Assembly: GCA_026708385.1 (NCBI GenBank) | Contig: JAPOVA010000010.1 | Span: forward strand, 5,236-69,235 | Length of the DNA: 64,000 nucleotides | Source: Simkaniaceae bacterium | GTDB lineage: Bacteria; Chlamydiota; Chlamydiia; Chlamydiales; Simkaniaceae | Direction: 5' to 3' | Shown: positions 45,683-55,749 of the stretch, one piece after another | How the letters are laid out: each line of letters begins with the position of its first letter | How positions within the stretch are numbered: position 1 is the first letter of the stretch | Program-made: the position numbers and the translations under genes | The notes under the pieces: model-generated | What the model was told of the DNA's origin: nothing | Seen by the model: the letters and a program-made list of their open reading frames with translations, nothing else | The model's database searches: none

Positions 45683-48600
45683 TTATCTACAATCCGCCTT
45701 CAACTCTGCTCGCTTTCTTCGTTTTTTCTCCGATTCATCAAAAAACAAAAGCAACGGCGCCGCAATGAAAAGAGAAGAGAATGTGCCGAATACGACGCCG
45801 ATCACCATCACGAGAGAAAGGCTCAAAATAGCCGTTCCTCCCAAGCCAAGCAAGGCAAGGAGCACGAGCAGAGTCGTACCCGAGGTCATTAAGGTCCGAC
45901 TGAGCGTCGTGTTGAGGGCCCGGTTGACAACATCTCGAAAGGAGATCTTTTTGGCCTGTTTCAGGTCGGATCGGATCCGATCGAAGATGATGATCGTATC
46001 ATTGAGAGAGTATCCGACAATCGTCATCAGCGCGGCCACCGTGTTCAAATCGATCCGGACGGGCACCCCCGCTACGTGCAAGATAGCGACGACGGAGAGG
46101 GTAGCAATCACGTCGATGAAAAGGCACAGGGTAGCACTCAAGGCATATTGCATCCGGAAACGAATGGCAATATAGACGAGGATGGAGGCCAAGGCAACGA
46201 GTAAACCGATCAGTGCTTCTCGTTTCATCGCCCGAGAGATCTGTCCGCTCACTCCGGTCCAGCTATCGCCGATTTCCTTCAATGCACCGGGCTCCGGCAA
46301 CACCCCCCCCTTTGACAAGGCGGCGAGCGTTCGGACAATCCGGGGATTGTTCTCGTAGCCGTGAGCGACTCCTCTCTCGTCGGTTTCGAGAGGTAACCCG
46401 GAAAACGGTCTCCCCGGCTTATCGAGAGAGCGACCCAAGAGAATTCTGATATGATTCGAAGGGGAAAGTTCGCGCACTTGAAACTCTTCGGAGGAAAAGC
46501 CCGCCCGTAGCAATGCCTTTTCTACGGCACTTCGATAGTGCCCCTTTTCGGTCGGGCGTACCTCCACGGAAAAGGCATACCCCCCCGTAAAGTCAATGCC
46601 GAAGAGGGTTTCCTTCCCTATCGCAAAAAGAGCCGTCCCCACAAGGGCCAGAAATACGACAACGTATAGACTCACCTTCTCGTATTTGAGAAAATCAAAG
46701 AAAGTTTCCTTGACAAGGTCGACCATATGCAATACGGGGCGAGAGGTACGCCCGACCCACCTCAAAAAGAAGTAGCGGGTCATAAAAAGAGCCGAAAACA
46801 TGGAGGAGGCAATGCCGATAATCAAAGTCACGGCAAATCCCTTGATCGGCCCCGAATCGAAGTGAAGGAGAATCAGGGCGGCCATCAATGTCGTAACATT
46901 GGAGTCGACAATCGCCGAAAAGGCTTTACCGTAACCGACATGAATCGCCTGAGCCAATCTTCCGGTTTTGGGAATCTCCTCCCGGATCCTTTCGAAGACG
47001 AGAACATTCGCATCAACCGCCATACCGACGGTCAAGACCACCCCGGCAATTCCCGCTAAGGTAAGAGCGGCCCCGATATTTTGAAGAGCGGCCCACATGA
47101 TGAAGAGGTTGAAGAGAAGGGCAACGGAGGCTACGGCTCCCGCAAAGCGGTAGTAGCCGGTCATGAGAACCACGACGAGGAGCAAGGCGACAACCGTGGC
47201 CGTCACTCCCATGATGCGATCTCTGATACCGAGATCGGGACTCACGTTGTGCTCCGATAGGATGTGGGGGGTAAAGCTCAGAGAGCCGGCCTTCAGATCG
47301 GCCTCCAATCCGTTGGCCTCCCTCTGCGTGAAACTACCCGTAATGGATACGTGATCGCGCAAACCCGACTCGATGGCGGGAGCGCTGATGATCGCATCGT
47401 TGAGAATGACGGCCATACGCCACCCCCGGTTTCGGGTGTACGCGCCGAGAGGATTTCCGGCAACGGTCTCCTTGGCAAAGGTCGATGTCCAATCGTATAG
47501 CTCCCGACGAGGATTGATCGTATTCCCGTCCTTAAGGGTCTGCGAACCCTTCACGTTGAATACCAAGAAATTCCCCTGAGTCGGATCATACGAGGCACGC
47601 ACATCGGTCAGGTTGGATCCTTCGAGGGCATAGTTGTTCATCACAATGAGTAGGGGGTGGGTCTTATCCGAAAAAGAAGAGTCGGACTCACGGAATAGAG
47701 CGATTTTGGAAAGGGCATCGTTAAACATCACCGATTCTCCTCGTTCTTCCGGATTTTGCAAACGCAACCCCCGGTCATATAACGTACGAGCAGCCTCACC
47801 GACGGGGGCGACCACCCCCCCTCCCGGATCACTACCGTAGAGCTGTTTGAAGGCAATGGCGTTGATGCTCCCCACATCCTTTTTTCCCGTAACGACCGCC
47901 TCATTCCACACACTTTGCAAAAAATTGTGCACCGACGAACGAAGTGCCTCGTTTCCTTCGGAAAATTTCTCGTTTACGATGTGAAAATACATCGACGAAC
48001 CCTTAACAAGATCGGTAGCGGAGAGGCTCTGAGCACCCGGAAAATCCAAGGCAATCCTATCTCCCTCTTGCCGGATGGCCACTTCGGACACACCTAACCT
48101 ATTCACCCGTGCGTGAAGTTCGTCGATGGTCTGTTTGATATCGGCATCGTTCGTCACGGGAAGTCGGTTCACATCACGCAGTGCGATGACCACCGTTTTT
48201 CCCCCGGAAAGATCGAGGCCCCACCGAAGAATCTTCCTCTCATCACCACGAAAATACTTCCTTAAGCTGAGAAGAAAATTATCATACAGAACGCTTTTTA
48301 CGGGGGCGGGAACATCGTATTGCGTCTCTTTCCTCCCCCTTGCCCTATTTGCTTCATACTCTTCCTTCCACTTCAAAAGATCCTCATGCTCGGCCGTTTC
48401 AATCCGGTTCAACGTATGGATACGCTGTTGCCTATCGGAAAGTTCCAAAGTGGCATACCGACTCAAACCGTGTGTGACGAACCCCTCCCGCGTTGCCATG
48501 AGCAGGGGGCGATAAAAGTCGGGACTTTCGAAGATCAGATCATTTGCGTAAGCGGAGGTGAAAGGGAGGGTCGCACCGGAATAACTCCCGAACCCGTTCT

Positions 48601-50218
48601 CCTCAAGGAGACGGGAAAGAGTACCTATGTCTTCCATAAACCTCTTCGCCTGAGGCGATCCGGGATGAGGCCCTATCTTTCGCACAATCTCCCGCACCCC
48701 CTTGGCAATGACGTAGACCGATCCGCTTCGAAAACCCTTCAACACTCTCTCTGATCCCTCCGGTACCCCTTTCGGCGCATAGAGTACGAGTCCCAACCTT
48801 TTCTCCTCGGGAGGGAGCCGATCATACGTTTCGAAATCCCGAACGGGAAAAGAGGGGGGGCACAGATCGACATGTTCGGGATGCCAGCGAGTGGTGATCA
48901 CATGTCGTATCCGTTCGATTTGCTCCCGTGCCATGACGGACAGATCCAAGGCAAGAACGCTTTTGCTCTCGGGAAGGCGACTTAAGTCAATCCGGAAACC
49001 GTGAGGGCTTTCGACAATGTGTTCTCCCGATGCACGGGCAACACGTGCCACCTCGTCGTAGATCAGTCCGGCCAACTTGCGCTTTGCCTCCGTAGAACGC
49101 AACCGACTGCGCGCCGCTTCTACGTCGGCGTGGAGGCGGAATTCCATCCGGTCATGGCGGGGATCCAGAGTGACCGAACCGACGAGAGGGTTGTTGTCCC
49201 CCGTCTCCACCCTTTGCTCTTCCCCTTCTCCCTCGGCACGTAGAACGAGAGCTCTCAATGCCGCATCATCCGGAAGGGGGATTCCCTTGGTAAATTCGGT
49301 TTTCTGCCGTTTTATCACACCGATGGCGGAGAGGAGCGCTCTCTCTTCCGAGAGGAGAAGGGCAACCTTTTCCCTGCGTTCCCCCCGTTCTTTTTGCACT
49401 CCGTCCCGCAATGCGACTTTTTCCGATCGCACCTCGGCAAGCCGGTCCGTGAGGGCTCGTACAAGGCGGGAAACAACCCGACCCCGTTCTCCGACGTCGG
49501 CCCGAACAAAGGTGCGATAGTAGCGTTGCGAAACAGGGGAATCCTCTCCGAAAAGATCGACATAGGCAAGGATATTCCGGGCCAACGCCAAGGGAATCTC
49601 ACTCGAAACGGGACCTTCCGCACTCGTCAAACTCCGCACATAGTACCCGTTCTCCGATACCTCTTCGAGGGGTAGCAACACGGAGAGGAACCGGTTCCGA
49701 AGGAGTTCTCGGTATTCCGGAGAGATCCGACCTCTATCGTCCCTCTTCACGACGAAGGTAAAGTACTTCTCCCTCATTTTCGGGTCAAATCGAAACGGGA
49801 CCCGACGTTGCACCGCCACCTCCTTGGCGGGGGGGGAACCCGACGCGGAGAGGGGCATAAGTCGAGCAGGTAAAAAGGGAATCAGAGCGCCCGCACGGGC
49901 CAAATGCTTCCTGAAGGTGGTAGCGTCCCGATCGGTTCCGAAGCCGACCCGAATCAATGCGGGATCCTCCGCATCGATGGCAAGGGATTCCGGCTTTACG
50001 TGCACCAACGCGGCAAAGGACCTCAGCCACGAAACCGCCTCCGACTCGAGTCGATTGACTCGCGTCGCGACGGCGCGCGCAATCCCGGCGCCCTCCTTGG
50101 CATCGACCGGTTCTCTGAGCGACTTCGTGTAGAAAAGAACCGTGGGCAGAATGTTGTACAGCGTTAATAGCAAGACGACAATGATTACCGTAAACTGCCA
50201 ACGTTTCCGTTTTTCCAT
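45683..50218 (-). CDS. secDF: Fused protein-export membrane protein SecD/SecF with large N-terminal periplasmic expansion
   Basis: ~1510 aa. An N-terminal TM, a very long soluble region, then two six-helix SecD and SecF modules (GLDLSGG, IDFTGG). Start at ATG 50218. Confidence 0.9.
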   Translation of the reverse strand: MEKRKRWQFTVIIVVLLLTLYNILPTVLFYTKSLREPVDAKEGAGIARAVATRVNRLESEAVSWLRSFAALVHVKPESLAIDAEDPALIRVGFGTDRDATTFRKHLARAGALIPFLPARLMPLSASGSPPAKEVAVQRRVPFRFDPKMREKYFTFVVKRDDRGRISPEYRELLRNRFLSVLLPLEEVSENGYYVRSLTSAEGPVSSEIPLALARNILAYVDLFGEDSPVSQRYYRTFVRADVGERGRVVSRLVRALTDRLAEVRSEKVALRDGVQKERGERREKVALLLSEERALLSAIGVIKRQKTEFTKGIPLPDDAALRALVLRAEGEGEEQRVETGDNNPLVGSVTLDPRHDRMEFRLHADVEAARSRLRSTEAKRKLAGLIYDEVARVARASGEHIVESPHGFRIDLSRLPESKSVLALDLSVMAREQIERIRHVITTRWHPEHVDLCPPSFPVRDFETYDRLPPEEKRLGLVLYAPKGVPEGSERVLKGFRSGSVYVIAKGVREIVRKIGPHPGSPQAKRFMEDIGTLSRLLEENGFGSYSGATLPFTSAYANDLIFESPDFYRPLLMATREGFVTHGLSRYATLELSDRQQRIHTLNRIETAEHEDLLKWKEEYEANRARGRKETQYDVPAPVKSVLYDNFLLSLRKYFRGDERKILRWGLDLSGGKTVVIALRDVNRLPVTNDADIKQTIDELHARVNRLGVSEVAIRQEGDRIALDFPGAQSLSATDLVKGSSMYFHIVNEKFSEGNEALRSSVHNFLQSVWNEAVVTGKKDVGSINAIAFKQLYGSDPGGGVVAPVGEAARTLYDRGLRLQNPEERGESVMFNDALSKIALFRESDSSFSDKTHPLLIVMNNYALEGSNLTDVRASYDPTQGNFLVFNVKGSQTLKDGNTINPRRELYDWTSTFAKETVAGNPLGAYTRNRGWRMAVILNDAIISAPAIESGLRDHVSITGSFTQREANGLEADLKAGSLSFTPHILSEHNVSPDLGIRDRIMGVTATVVALLLVVVLMTGYYRFAGAVASVALLFNLFIMWAALQNIGAALTLAGIAGVVLTVGMAVDANVLVFERIREEIPKTGRLAQAIHVGYGKAFSAIVDSNVTTLMAALILLHFDSGPIKGFAVTLIIGIASSMFSALFMTRYFFLRWVGRTSRPVLHMVDLVKETFFDFLKYEKVSLYVVVFLALVGTALFAIGKETLFGIDFTGGYAFSVEVRPTEKGHYRSAVEKALLRAGFSSEEFQVRELSPSNHIRILLGRSLDKPGRPFSGLPLETDERGVAHGYENNPRIVRTLAALSKGGVLPEPGALKEIGDSWTGVSGQISRAMKREALIGLLVALASILVYIAIRFRMQYALSATLCLFIDVIATLSVVAILHVAGVPVRIDLNTVAALMTIVGYSLNDTIIIFDRIRSDLKQAKKISFRDVVNRALNTTLSRTLMTSGTTLLVLLALLGLGGTAILSLSLVMVIGVVFGTFSSLFIAAPLLLFFDESEKKRRKRAELKADCR

Positions 50219-50339
50219 GCATATTCCTACGACAAATGCTCCGCATCTGCGAGATGTTACCAAACCATAATCGGACCGGCAAGAGTTTTTTGGATCGAAA
50301 ACGGAACCGCACAGACGGAATCCGACCCCTCTCGCCTAC

Positions 50340-50777
50340 TTATCGATCCCCCTCCGAGTGAGAGAGAAGGTGTGACCGCCGTAGAAGACGGTGATACCGG
50401 TTTTTCATGGGAATGCTCTCAAAATCAACATATTGCCCGTGAGAATGAGCATGTAACAATAAGGAACGTTGTGAGGAAAGCCGGTACTGCCCCCACTGTT
50501 GGGCTATTCGCCCGTACGATATCACAAGCTCACCATTTCTCTTTGAACTAAAACAACGGCTGTGATAGAGTGTGTCCGCCTCGGCCCGGGCGCAGAACGT
50601 TTCAGCCGTTGAGGCACGCGATGCGGATAGCTTGAGAAAGGCGACCCCACGGGAGGTGTTGATGAGTCGGAAATTCGCAGGGAAAGAGAAAATTCCCATA
50701 GCAATTACCTGCTCGCGAGCTGAGGTGCGCGGATGCCCCCCGTGACCGGGCGAGGGGGGCATCAGGATGAGAAACAT
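50340..50777 (-). CDS. Hypothetical protein; layout faintly like a YfcE-type metallophosphoesterase with most metal ligands substituted
   Basis: GGAG 6 nt upstream of ATG 50777. Only LLLHAHSHGQY resembles a GHTH box. Otherwise unsupported. Confidence 0.25.
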   Translation of the reverse strand: MFLILMPPSPGHGGHPRTSAREQVIAMGIFSFPANFRLINTSRGVAFLKLSASRASTAETFCARAEADTLYHSRCFSSKRNGELVISYGRIAQQWGQYRLSSQRSLLLHAHSHGQYVDFESIPMKNRYHRLLRRSHLLSHSEGDR

Positions 50778-50818
50778 GACAAGGCTCCGTACATTCGCGG
50801 GGCAAGGAGATTGGTGCA

Positions 50819-51331
50819 ATGGCAGAGTTGGTATTTCATACGGGTTACGGCTCGTACTCCCACACACTTCCCCACGGATCAGGGGATCGTGGAGGGGTTG
50901 TTCGCCCCGATACGATCACCCGGCAAAGTAGTGCCCCTCCCGCAGAGGGTCGTGCGGATACGCACAGGGCACGTGCCCAAACCGCCCTTCATCCCGGAGA
51001 GCACGTAGAGGTGCACAAGGAGCACCTCCAAACCGGTACTCCCGTAGACGATGATGCGGACGAGGAATCTCTAAGCGACGTTCGCGCAAAGGGCTATTTG
51101 AGTGTTTTGAGTGCTCTTGTGACACGTGCGGTAATAGGGAATCCCGCGGATCCCGCGGAGATGCACAGGAAGAGCGGGCAGCGCCGGGAAGATCCTGCGG
51201 AAATGCATAAGCTAACAAGAGGAACCGATTGGCAACCGAAGGAGTCGGAATCGGAATCGGAATCGGGTCCGGAAGAGGTGCACGAGGTTGCGTTGGACAC
51301 GTTGCGTTCTTCGCACCTCGCGACTGTTTAG
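50819..51331 (+). CDS. Hypothetical acidic low-complexity protein
   Basis: AAGGAG 9 nt upstream of ATG 50819. Internal DPAEMH(R/K) duplication and an ESESESES tract from a (ggaatc)n repeat. No recognisable domain. Confidence 0.3.
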   Translation: MAELVFHTGYGSYSHTLPHGSGDRGGVVRPDTITRQSSAPPAEGRADTHRARAQTALHPGEHVEVHKEHLQTGTPVDDDADEESLSDVRAKGYLSVLSALVTRAVIGNPADPAEMHRKSGQRREDPAEMHKLTRGTDWQPKESESESESGPEEVHEVALDTLRSSHLATV

Positions 51332-51599
51332 GTTCCCCTCGGTTCGGCCGATGCGAAGATCGGTGTGACTCCGGCCTTTTCGGGCATCCCGGGTCGGTCT
51401 TTCGCGGAATGCTTGACAAACGGCTTTCCGTACCTGTCCGACCTGTTTCGCCCGTTTTTTCGGCGGGGCGTTGTCGTTGTCATCCTCCCCGGGCGTAACC
51501 TCCGTGCGGGGTGGTGGTGGTTTTTCTCGGATTTTCGTATCGGATCATCGGCCTGTGTTCCGTAAGGGAAAGTGCGACCGGATCGCCTCCCCTTTCGTT

Positions 51600-52718
51600 T
51601 CACCTCCGGATCGATTCTCCGGGGCTTTCCGTGAGGGCGAGTCGGGTTCCGAGTATGTGCCGAAAGATGCGCAGGTGTCCCGAAGAGAAAGGCTTGTTCA
51701 TCGCCTCTCTCTCGGTGATCCATTCACAATCCGGTTTTACGCTCGGCAACGTCCCGTCAAAGCCCCCCTTCACCTTCCACAAGTGAGGATAGAGGTGGGC
51801 CTTGTACCGAGTAAACGTGTGCACCGTTACGGGCAGACTACGCTCGTAAGAGAGACGCAGGGAGAACTCCCCTTCCACCCTCTTCCTCCACGTCTCGATG
51901 TCCGGGGCCCGTCCTTCCGATTCGACATAAGGAAACTCCCAAAGATCGGCCATTACACGCCCTTGCTTTCCTTTCCTAAGTAAGATATATTCGCCGTGGA
52001 AAAGAACGCAAACCAAGCGATGTAATAGAGTCACGCCCGTTCTTTTCTTCGGAAAAGGGAAGCTCTCTACTTTACCTAAACGAAAGGCTAAACAACTCTT
52101 CTTTAAAGGACAAAGGACACACTCGGCCCTTTTTTTGCAGACAAGGGCACCCAGCTCGATCAATCCTTCCATCACGATCCACGCGCCGGACTCGGGGAGA
52201 AAAGCCTCCACCCGACTTTCGATTCGCCTCCTCGTCTCCCTCTCCGTAATCGCCCCTTCAATGGCAAAGAGGCGGGAAAAAAGGCGTAAAATATTCCCGT
52301 CGACGGCAAGGGCCCGTTTCCGAAAAGCAAAACTCCGGATCGCTCCTATCGTGTAGGGGCCCAACCCCTTAATCTTTTGTAAAAGAAGCGGATCTTCGGG
52401 AAGATTTCCCCGGAAGGCATGTAAAACATACTTCGCACCCTCGTGTAACCGACGCGCACGCGAATAATAACCCAATCCCTCCCAAGCTTTTAAAACCTCC
52501 TCCGAGGAGGCTTCCGCAAGAGAACGGATGGTGGGAAAAGTTTTCATCCACCGCGTAAAGTAGGGAACCACCACATTCGCACGGGTTTGCTGCAACATGA
52601 CCTCGGAGACCCACACGGCGTAGGGGGAACGATTCTCCCTCCAAGGGAAAGGTCGACGATGTACGGCAAACCACCTTTTCAGGTGAACACGATCACAAAC
52701 TACCGGAATATGAGCCAC
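51600..52718 (-). CDS. mutY: A/G-specific adenine DNA glycosylase
   Basis: PYAVWVSEVMLQQT HhH-GPD region, Fe-S cluster CKKRAECVLCPLKKSC, C-terminal NUDIX-like domain. Confidence 0.9.
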   Translation of the reverse strand: MAHIPVVCDRVHLKRWFAVHRRPFPWRENRSPYAVWVSEVMLQQTRANVVVPYFTRWMKTFPTIRSLAEASSEEVLKAWEGLGYYSRARRLHEGAKYVLHAFRGNLPEDPLLLQKIKGLGPYTIGAIRSFAFRKRALAVDGNILRLFSRLFAIEGAITERETRRRIESRVEAFLPESGAWIVMEGLIELGALVCKKRAECVLCPLKKSCLAFRLGKVESFPFPKKRTGVTLLHRLVCVLFHGEYILLRKGKQGRVMADLWEFPYVESEGRAPDIETWRKRVEGEFSLRLSYERSLPVTVHTFTRYKAHLYPHLWKVKGGFDGTLPSVKPDCEWITEREAMNKPFSSGHLRIFRHILGTRLALTESPGESIRR

Positions 52719-52851
52719 TTACAACCTGTTGGCACGAAGATTGCATACCCCTCTCCACGGCTCTTTCCGAGAAAAGGGGAACCCGCCCCTTTTTTCGGAA
52801 AGTACGGCCGGGGAAACGGAAGAAGGCAACCCTTTATCAGGAGGGCATTGT

Positions 52852-53301
52852 ATGTGCGGAGGCAAAAAAAACCGAAGAAGAAAAATCCTGGACAGGATTC
52901 ACGCCACTGTCCGAGCGGAAATCATGATCGGAGAGCGGATCTTGCATCACGAAACGGAACAGGAGAGGCTCCTTCTTTCCGGCGAGTTCCCCTCTCTACG
53001 ACAAATACAAGTCCGGATCAAAACTCTCACGACACGACTTACTTACGTGCAAAAAGTCCGGAAAACGCTTATGAACATTCTGAAAGAATCCTTTCCCGAA
53101 ACCGAAATATTCGACGGGTGGGAAAGCGAAACGGAAATCCTGCTCGAAAACCACAAGCATCTCCTGCAAAAGATCTCCTACCAAACAAAACGGAACACCG
53201 ACTTACGAGAGATGATGCGGAAAAAGCCGGCATTCGGTTATCCTGAGGGCCGCACAAATAAGACGCTGATCATTACGATCGAAAAACCGGAAGAAATCTG
53301 A
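52852..53301 (+). CDS. Hypothetical protein
   Basis: GGAGG 7 nt upstream of ATG 52852. Basic N-terminus, helical, no recognised motif. Confidence 0.45.
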   Translation: MCGGKKNRRRKILDRIHATVRAEIMIGERILHHETEQERLLLSGEFPSLRQIQVRIKTLTTRLTYVQKVRKTLMNILKESFPETEIFDGWESETEILLENHKHLLQKISYQTKRNTDLREMMRKKPAFGYPEGRTNKTLIITIEKPEEI

Positions 53302-53305
53302 CTCG

Positions 53306-54082
53306 ATGATGATATGGGCCATTGCGGATCTGCACCTCGCTCTCTCCGTACCCGAAAAGAGTATGGAGGCGTTCGGATCTTCCTGGCGCGACTATACGGC
53401 CAGAATCGAAGCCGGTTGGAGGACCTCCGTTTCTCCCGAAGATCTGGTTCTGATCCCGGGAGATATCTCTTGGGCTATGAAACCCGAAGAGGCCCTCATC
53501 GACCTTGCCTGGATCGACGCATTGCCGGGCAAAAAGGTCATCCTCAGAGGAAATCACGACTACTGGTGGCCTTCGAGCAAGAAGCTGAGGGAGATGCTCC
53601 CCCCCTCCCTCTCCTTTATCCGGAACAACGCCCTCACCTTCGGTCGGATCGCCATCGGGGGAACGCGTTTGTGGGATTCTCCCGAATACGATTTCAAAGA
53701 CCTTATTGCAAACGGCCTCGACCGGAAGGAGGATAAGAGCGGGGAAACGGAAGAAGAATTCCGCGAACGAAAAGCCTCCGATCTCAGAATCTTTGAAAGG
53801 GAGTTGGAGAGGTTAAAGTTGAGTCTTTCCAAAATGGATCGATCGGCCCTTCTGCGCATCGCCATGACCCACTACCCACCCATAGGCCACACGCTCGAAC
53901 CCTCACGGACCTCCGCAATCTTGGAGACGTACGGTATCGACATCTGTCTCTTCGGACACCTTCACAACGTGAAAAGGGGGCAACCACTCTTCGGCAAGAG
54001 GGGAAACGTCTCTTACATCCTCACGGCGGCCGACTATCTCGACTTTACACCGATTCTCATCCATGATCGGGAAACGGCGTAG
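53306..54082 (+). CDS. Metallophosphoesterase (calcineurin-like)
   Basis: Motifs ADLHL, PGDISW, GNHDYWW, THYPP and GHLH, in canonical order. Confidence 0.8.
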   Translation: MMIWAIADLHLALSVPEKSMEAFGSSWRDYTARIEAGWRTSVSPEDLVLIPGDISWAMKPEEALIDLAWIDALPGKKVILRGNHDYWWPSSKKLREMLPPSLSFIRNNALTFGRIAIGGTRLWDSPEYDFKDLIANGLDRKEDKSGETEEEFRERKASDLRIFERELERLKLSLSKMDRSALLRIAMTHYPPIGHTLEPSRTSAILETYGIDICLFGHLHNVKRGQPLFGKRGNVSYILTAADYLDFTPILIHDRETA

Positions 54083-54494
54083 TTTCGTTCTCCTCGAGCT
54101 CTCCCTCTCCCTCGGCCTTGTCGTCCTGTTTCTCTTCCCCGTTATGCGCACTCGCACCCTCTCCCTGAGGGCGGAAAGGGAATACCTCTTCGATATCGAA
54201 AAAGAGATCAAAGCCGACGAACTCTTTTACCGTCTCTATCGTGAGCTGGCGGAGAATGCCGCATTCCGCAATATCAGGGAAAAGAGATACGGATATCCGG
54301 AGGAAAGGGCCGTAACCTTGGATATCGGAGAAGGGGGAAAACGTACGCTCTACTGGCACTACTCCACCTATTCTCGCACGACATCGACAACACTGCGAAA
54401 AGTGCATTGCCACATATACATCACACCCCATCTCGGTAAACACCGAAAAAAAGATCCCAAATATACGTTTACCGTCACGGCAAACACGCCATGA
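54063..54494 (+). CDS. Hypothetical protein with prepilin/pseudopilin-like N-terminus
   Basis: MIGKRRS/FVLLELSLSLGLVVLFLF resembles the G/FTLxE class III signal plus hydrophobic helix, but Ser replaces Gly at -1. Confidence 0.4.
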   Translation: MIGKRRSFVLLELSLSLGLVVLFLFPVMRTRTLSLRAEREYLFDIEKEIKADELFYRLYRELAENAAFRNIREKRYGYPEERAVTLDIGEGGKRTLYWHYSTYSRTTSTTLRKVHCHIYITPHLGKHRKKDPKYTFTVTANTP

Positions 54495-54549
54495 ACGTCC
54501 GACGCGCGCTCCGTTACGGGAATGACCGTATTGTCCGTGCCGGGGGTTG

Positions 54550-55314
54550 ATGTTCGACCTTCCCATCACGTATGATGTCGCACATGCACAACCAAAGCGG
54601 ACCCGAGCCATGGGAGTATTTTTGCGGGCCTTTTCTTCAGCGGACGGATTCGGAAAGTGCATTTTCTTCGCCCTCCTTCTTCTCTCTTTAACGTCCTGGT
54701 TCTTCTTCTTCCATAAAGTGTGGGAGTTACGGCGGGTACTCAGAGGGGTTGACCCGTTCATGCAGACCCTCTTTGCGCGCGAGAACCTCCTTCTCCGCGA
54801 TACGGCAACGCCCGTCACGGTAAACCGAGAAAACCCCTTCGGAAGGGTATACGACATCATGCGAGAAAGGACGATCGAAATCATCGACAAAAATCATGCC
54901 CACTCACGAACGAAATACAACTTCCTTTCGAAAAACGACATCGATTCGGTCGAATCTCACCTCCACACCTCCGTCTTCCGAGAAAAACGGAACCTCGAAA
55001 AAAACCTATTTCTCCTCCCGATCGCGACCACGTTGGCACCCTTCCTCGGCCTTCTCGGTACCGTGTGGGGAATTCTGGTCACGTTCGGCGCATTGCAGGC
55101 AGGGGGCAATCTCTCCTCAAATAGCATCATCACGGGGGGACTTTCCACTGCTCTTGCCACGACGGTTTTGGGACTGCTGATCGCCATTCCCGCCTTCATT
55201 TTCCACGGCTATCTCAAAAGCCGGATCGGCATGTTAACGGGTAGGTTGATCGATTTCAGCCATTCTCTCCTCTCAACCGTCGAACTCCGGTACCGAAAAG
55301 TGGATCTCGACTAA
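54550..55314 (+). CDS. tolQ: Tol-Pal system proton channel TolQ (MotA/TolQ/ExbB family)
   Basis: Three TMs and the PFLGLLGTVWGILVTF motif. Start uncertain (ATG 54550 or 54610). Confidence 0.85.
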   Translation: MFDLPITYDVAHAQPKRTRAMGVFLRAFSSADGFGKCIFFALLLLSLTSWFFFFHKVWELRRVLRGVDPFMQTLFARENLLLRDTATPVTVNRENPFGRVYDIMRERTIEIIDKNHAHSRTKYNFLSKNDIDSVESHLHTSVFREKRNLEKNLFLLPIATTLAPFLGLLGTVWGILVTFGALQAGGNLSSNSIITGGLSTALATTVLGLLIAIPAFIFHGYLKSRIGMLTGRLIDFSHSLLSTVELRYRKVDLD

Positions 55315-55317
55315 AAT

Positions 55318-55749
55318 ATGTACGGACGTCGCACCCCCTTCCACCTGCCACACGACGAACCGGATCCCCCTTTTCCCGACCTAACACCCCTCGTCGATAT
55401 CGTCTTCGTCCTCCTTATCCTCTTCATCTGCATCACCCCCCTTTTGGAGGCACAACGGATAGATCTTACCACGGCACGGACACAATCGACACGAACACCT
55501 CCGAACGATATGAGAAAAAAGGGGATCCGCATTGAGGTAGGGTCCGACGACACCATCCGCATAAACGGCACACTCGTAACGGAAAAGGAACTTCCGGAGA
55601 GATTGCGCGCCTACGGACGACAATATCCGGGATGCATACCCGAGGTCTACCCGGATAAACATACCTTTTTCAAAACCTACCAAGCGGTGAAAGACGGACT
55701 CGAATCGGCTGAGTTTGCCGAAATGGAGGTCATCCTCAAAAACCCATGA
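55318..55749 (+). CDS. tolR: Tol-Pal system protein TolR (ExbD family)
   Basis: DLTPLVDIVFVLLILF single TM with conserved Asp, and a periplasmic ExbD fold. Confidence 0.85.
   Translation: MYGRRTPFHLPHDEPDPPFPDLTPLVDIVFVLLILFICITPLLEAQRIDLTTARTQSTRTPPNDMRKKGIRIEVGSDDTIRINGTLVTEKELPERLRAYGRQYPGCIPEVYPDKHTFFKTYQAVKDGLESAEFAEMEVILKNP

Noticed and set aside
44334-46175. 229-aa and 249-aa plus-strand ORFs (44334..45023 and 45426..46175)
   Set aside because: They are antisense to recJ and secDF, both of which have strong motif support.
51540-51580. agggaaagtgcgaccgg, superficially like the RNase P RNA P4 strand (GGAAAGUCCGGGC)
   Set aside because: The match is imperfect. I could not find the complementary P4 strand or other universally conserved RNase P elements nearby. 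It also overlaps the 3' flank of mutY.
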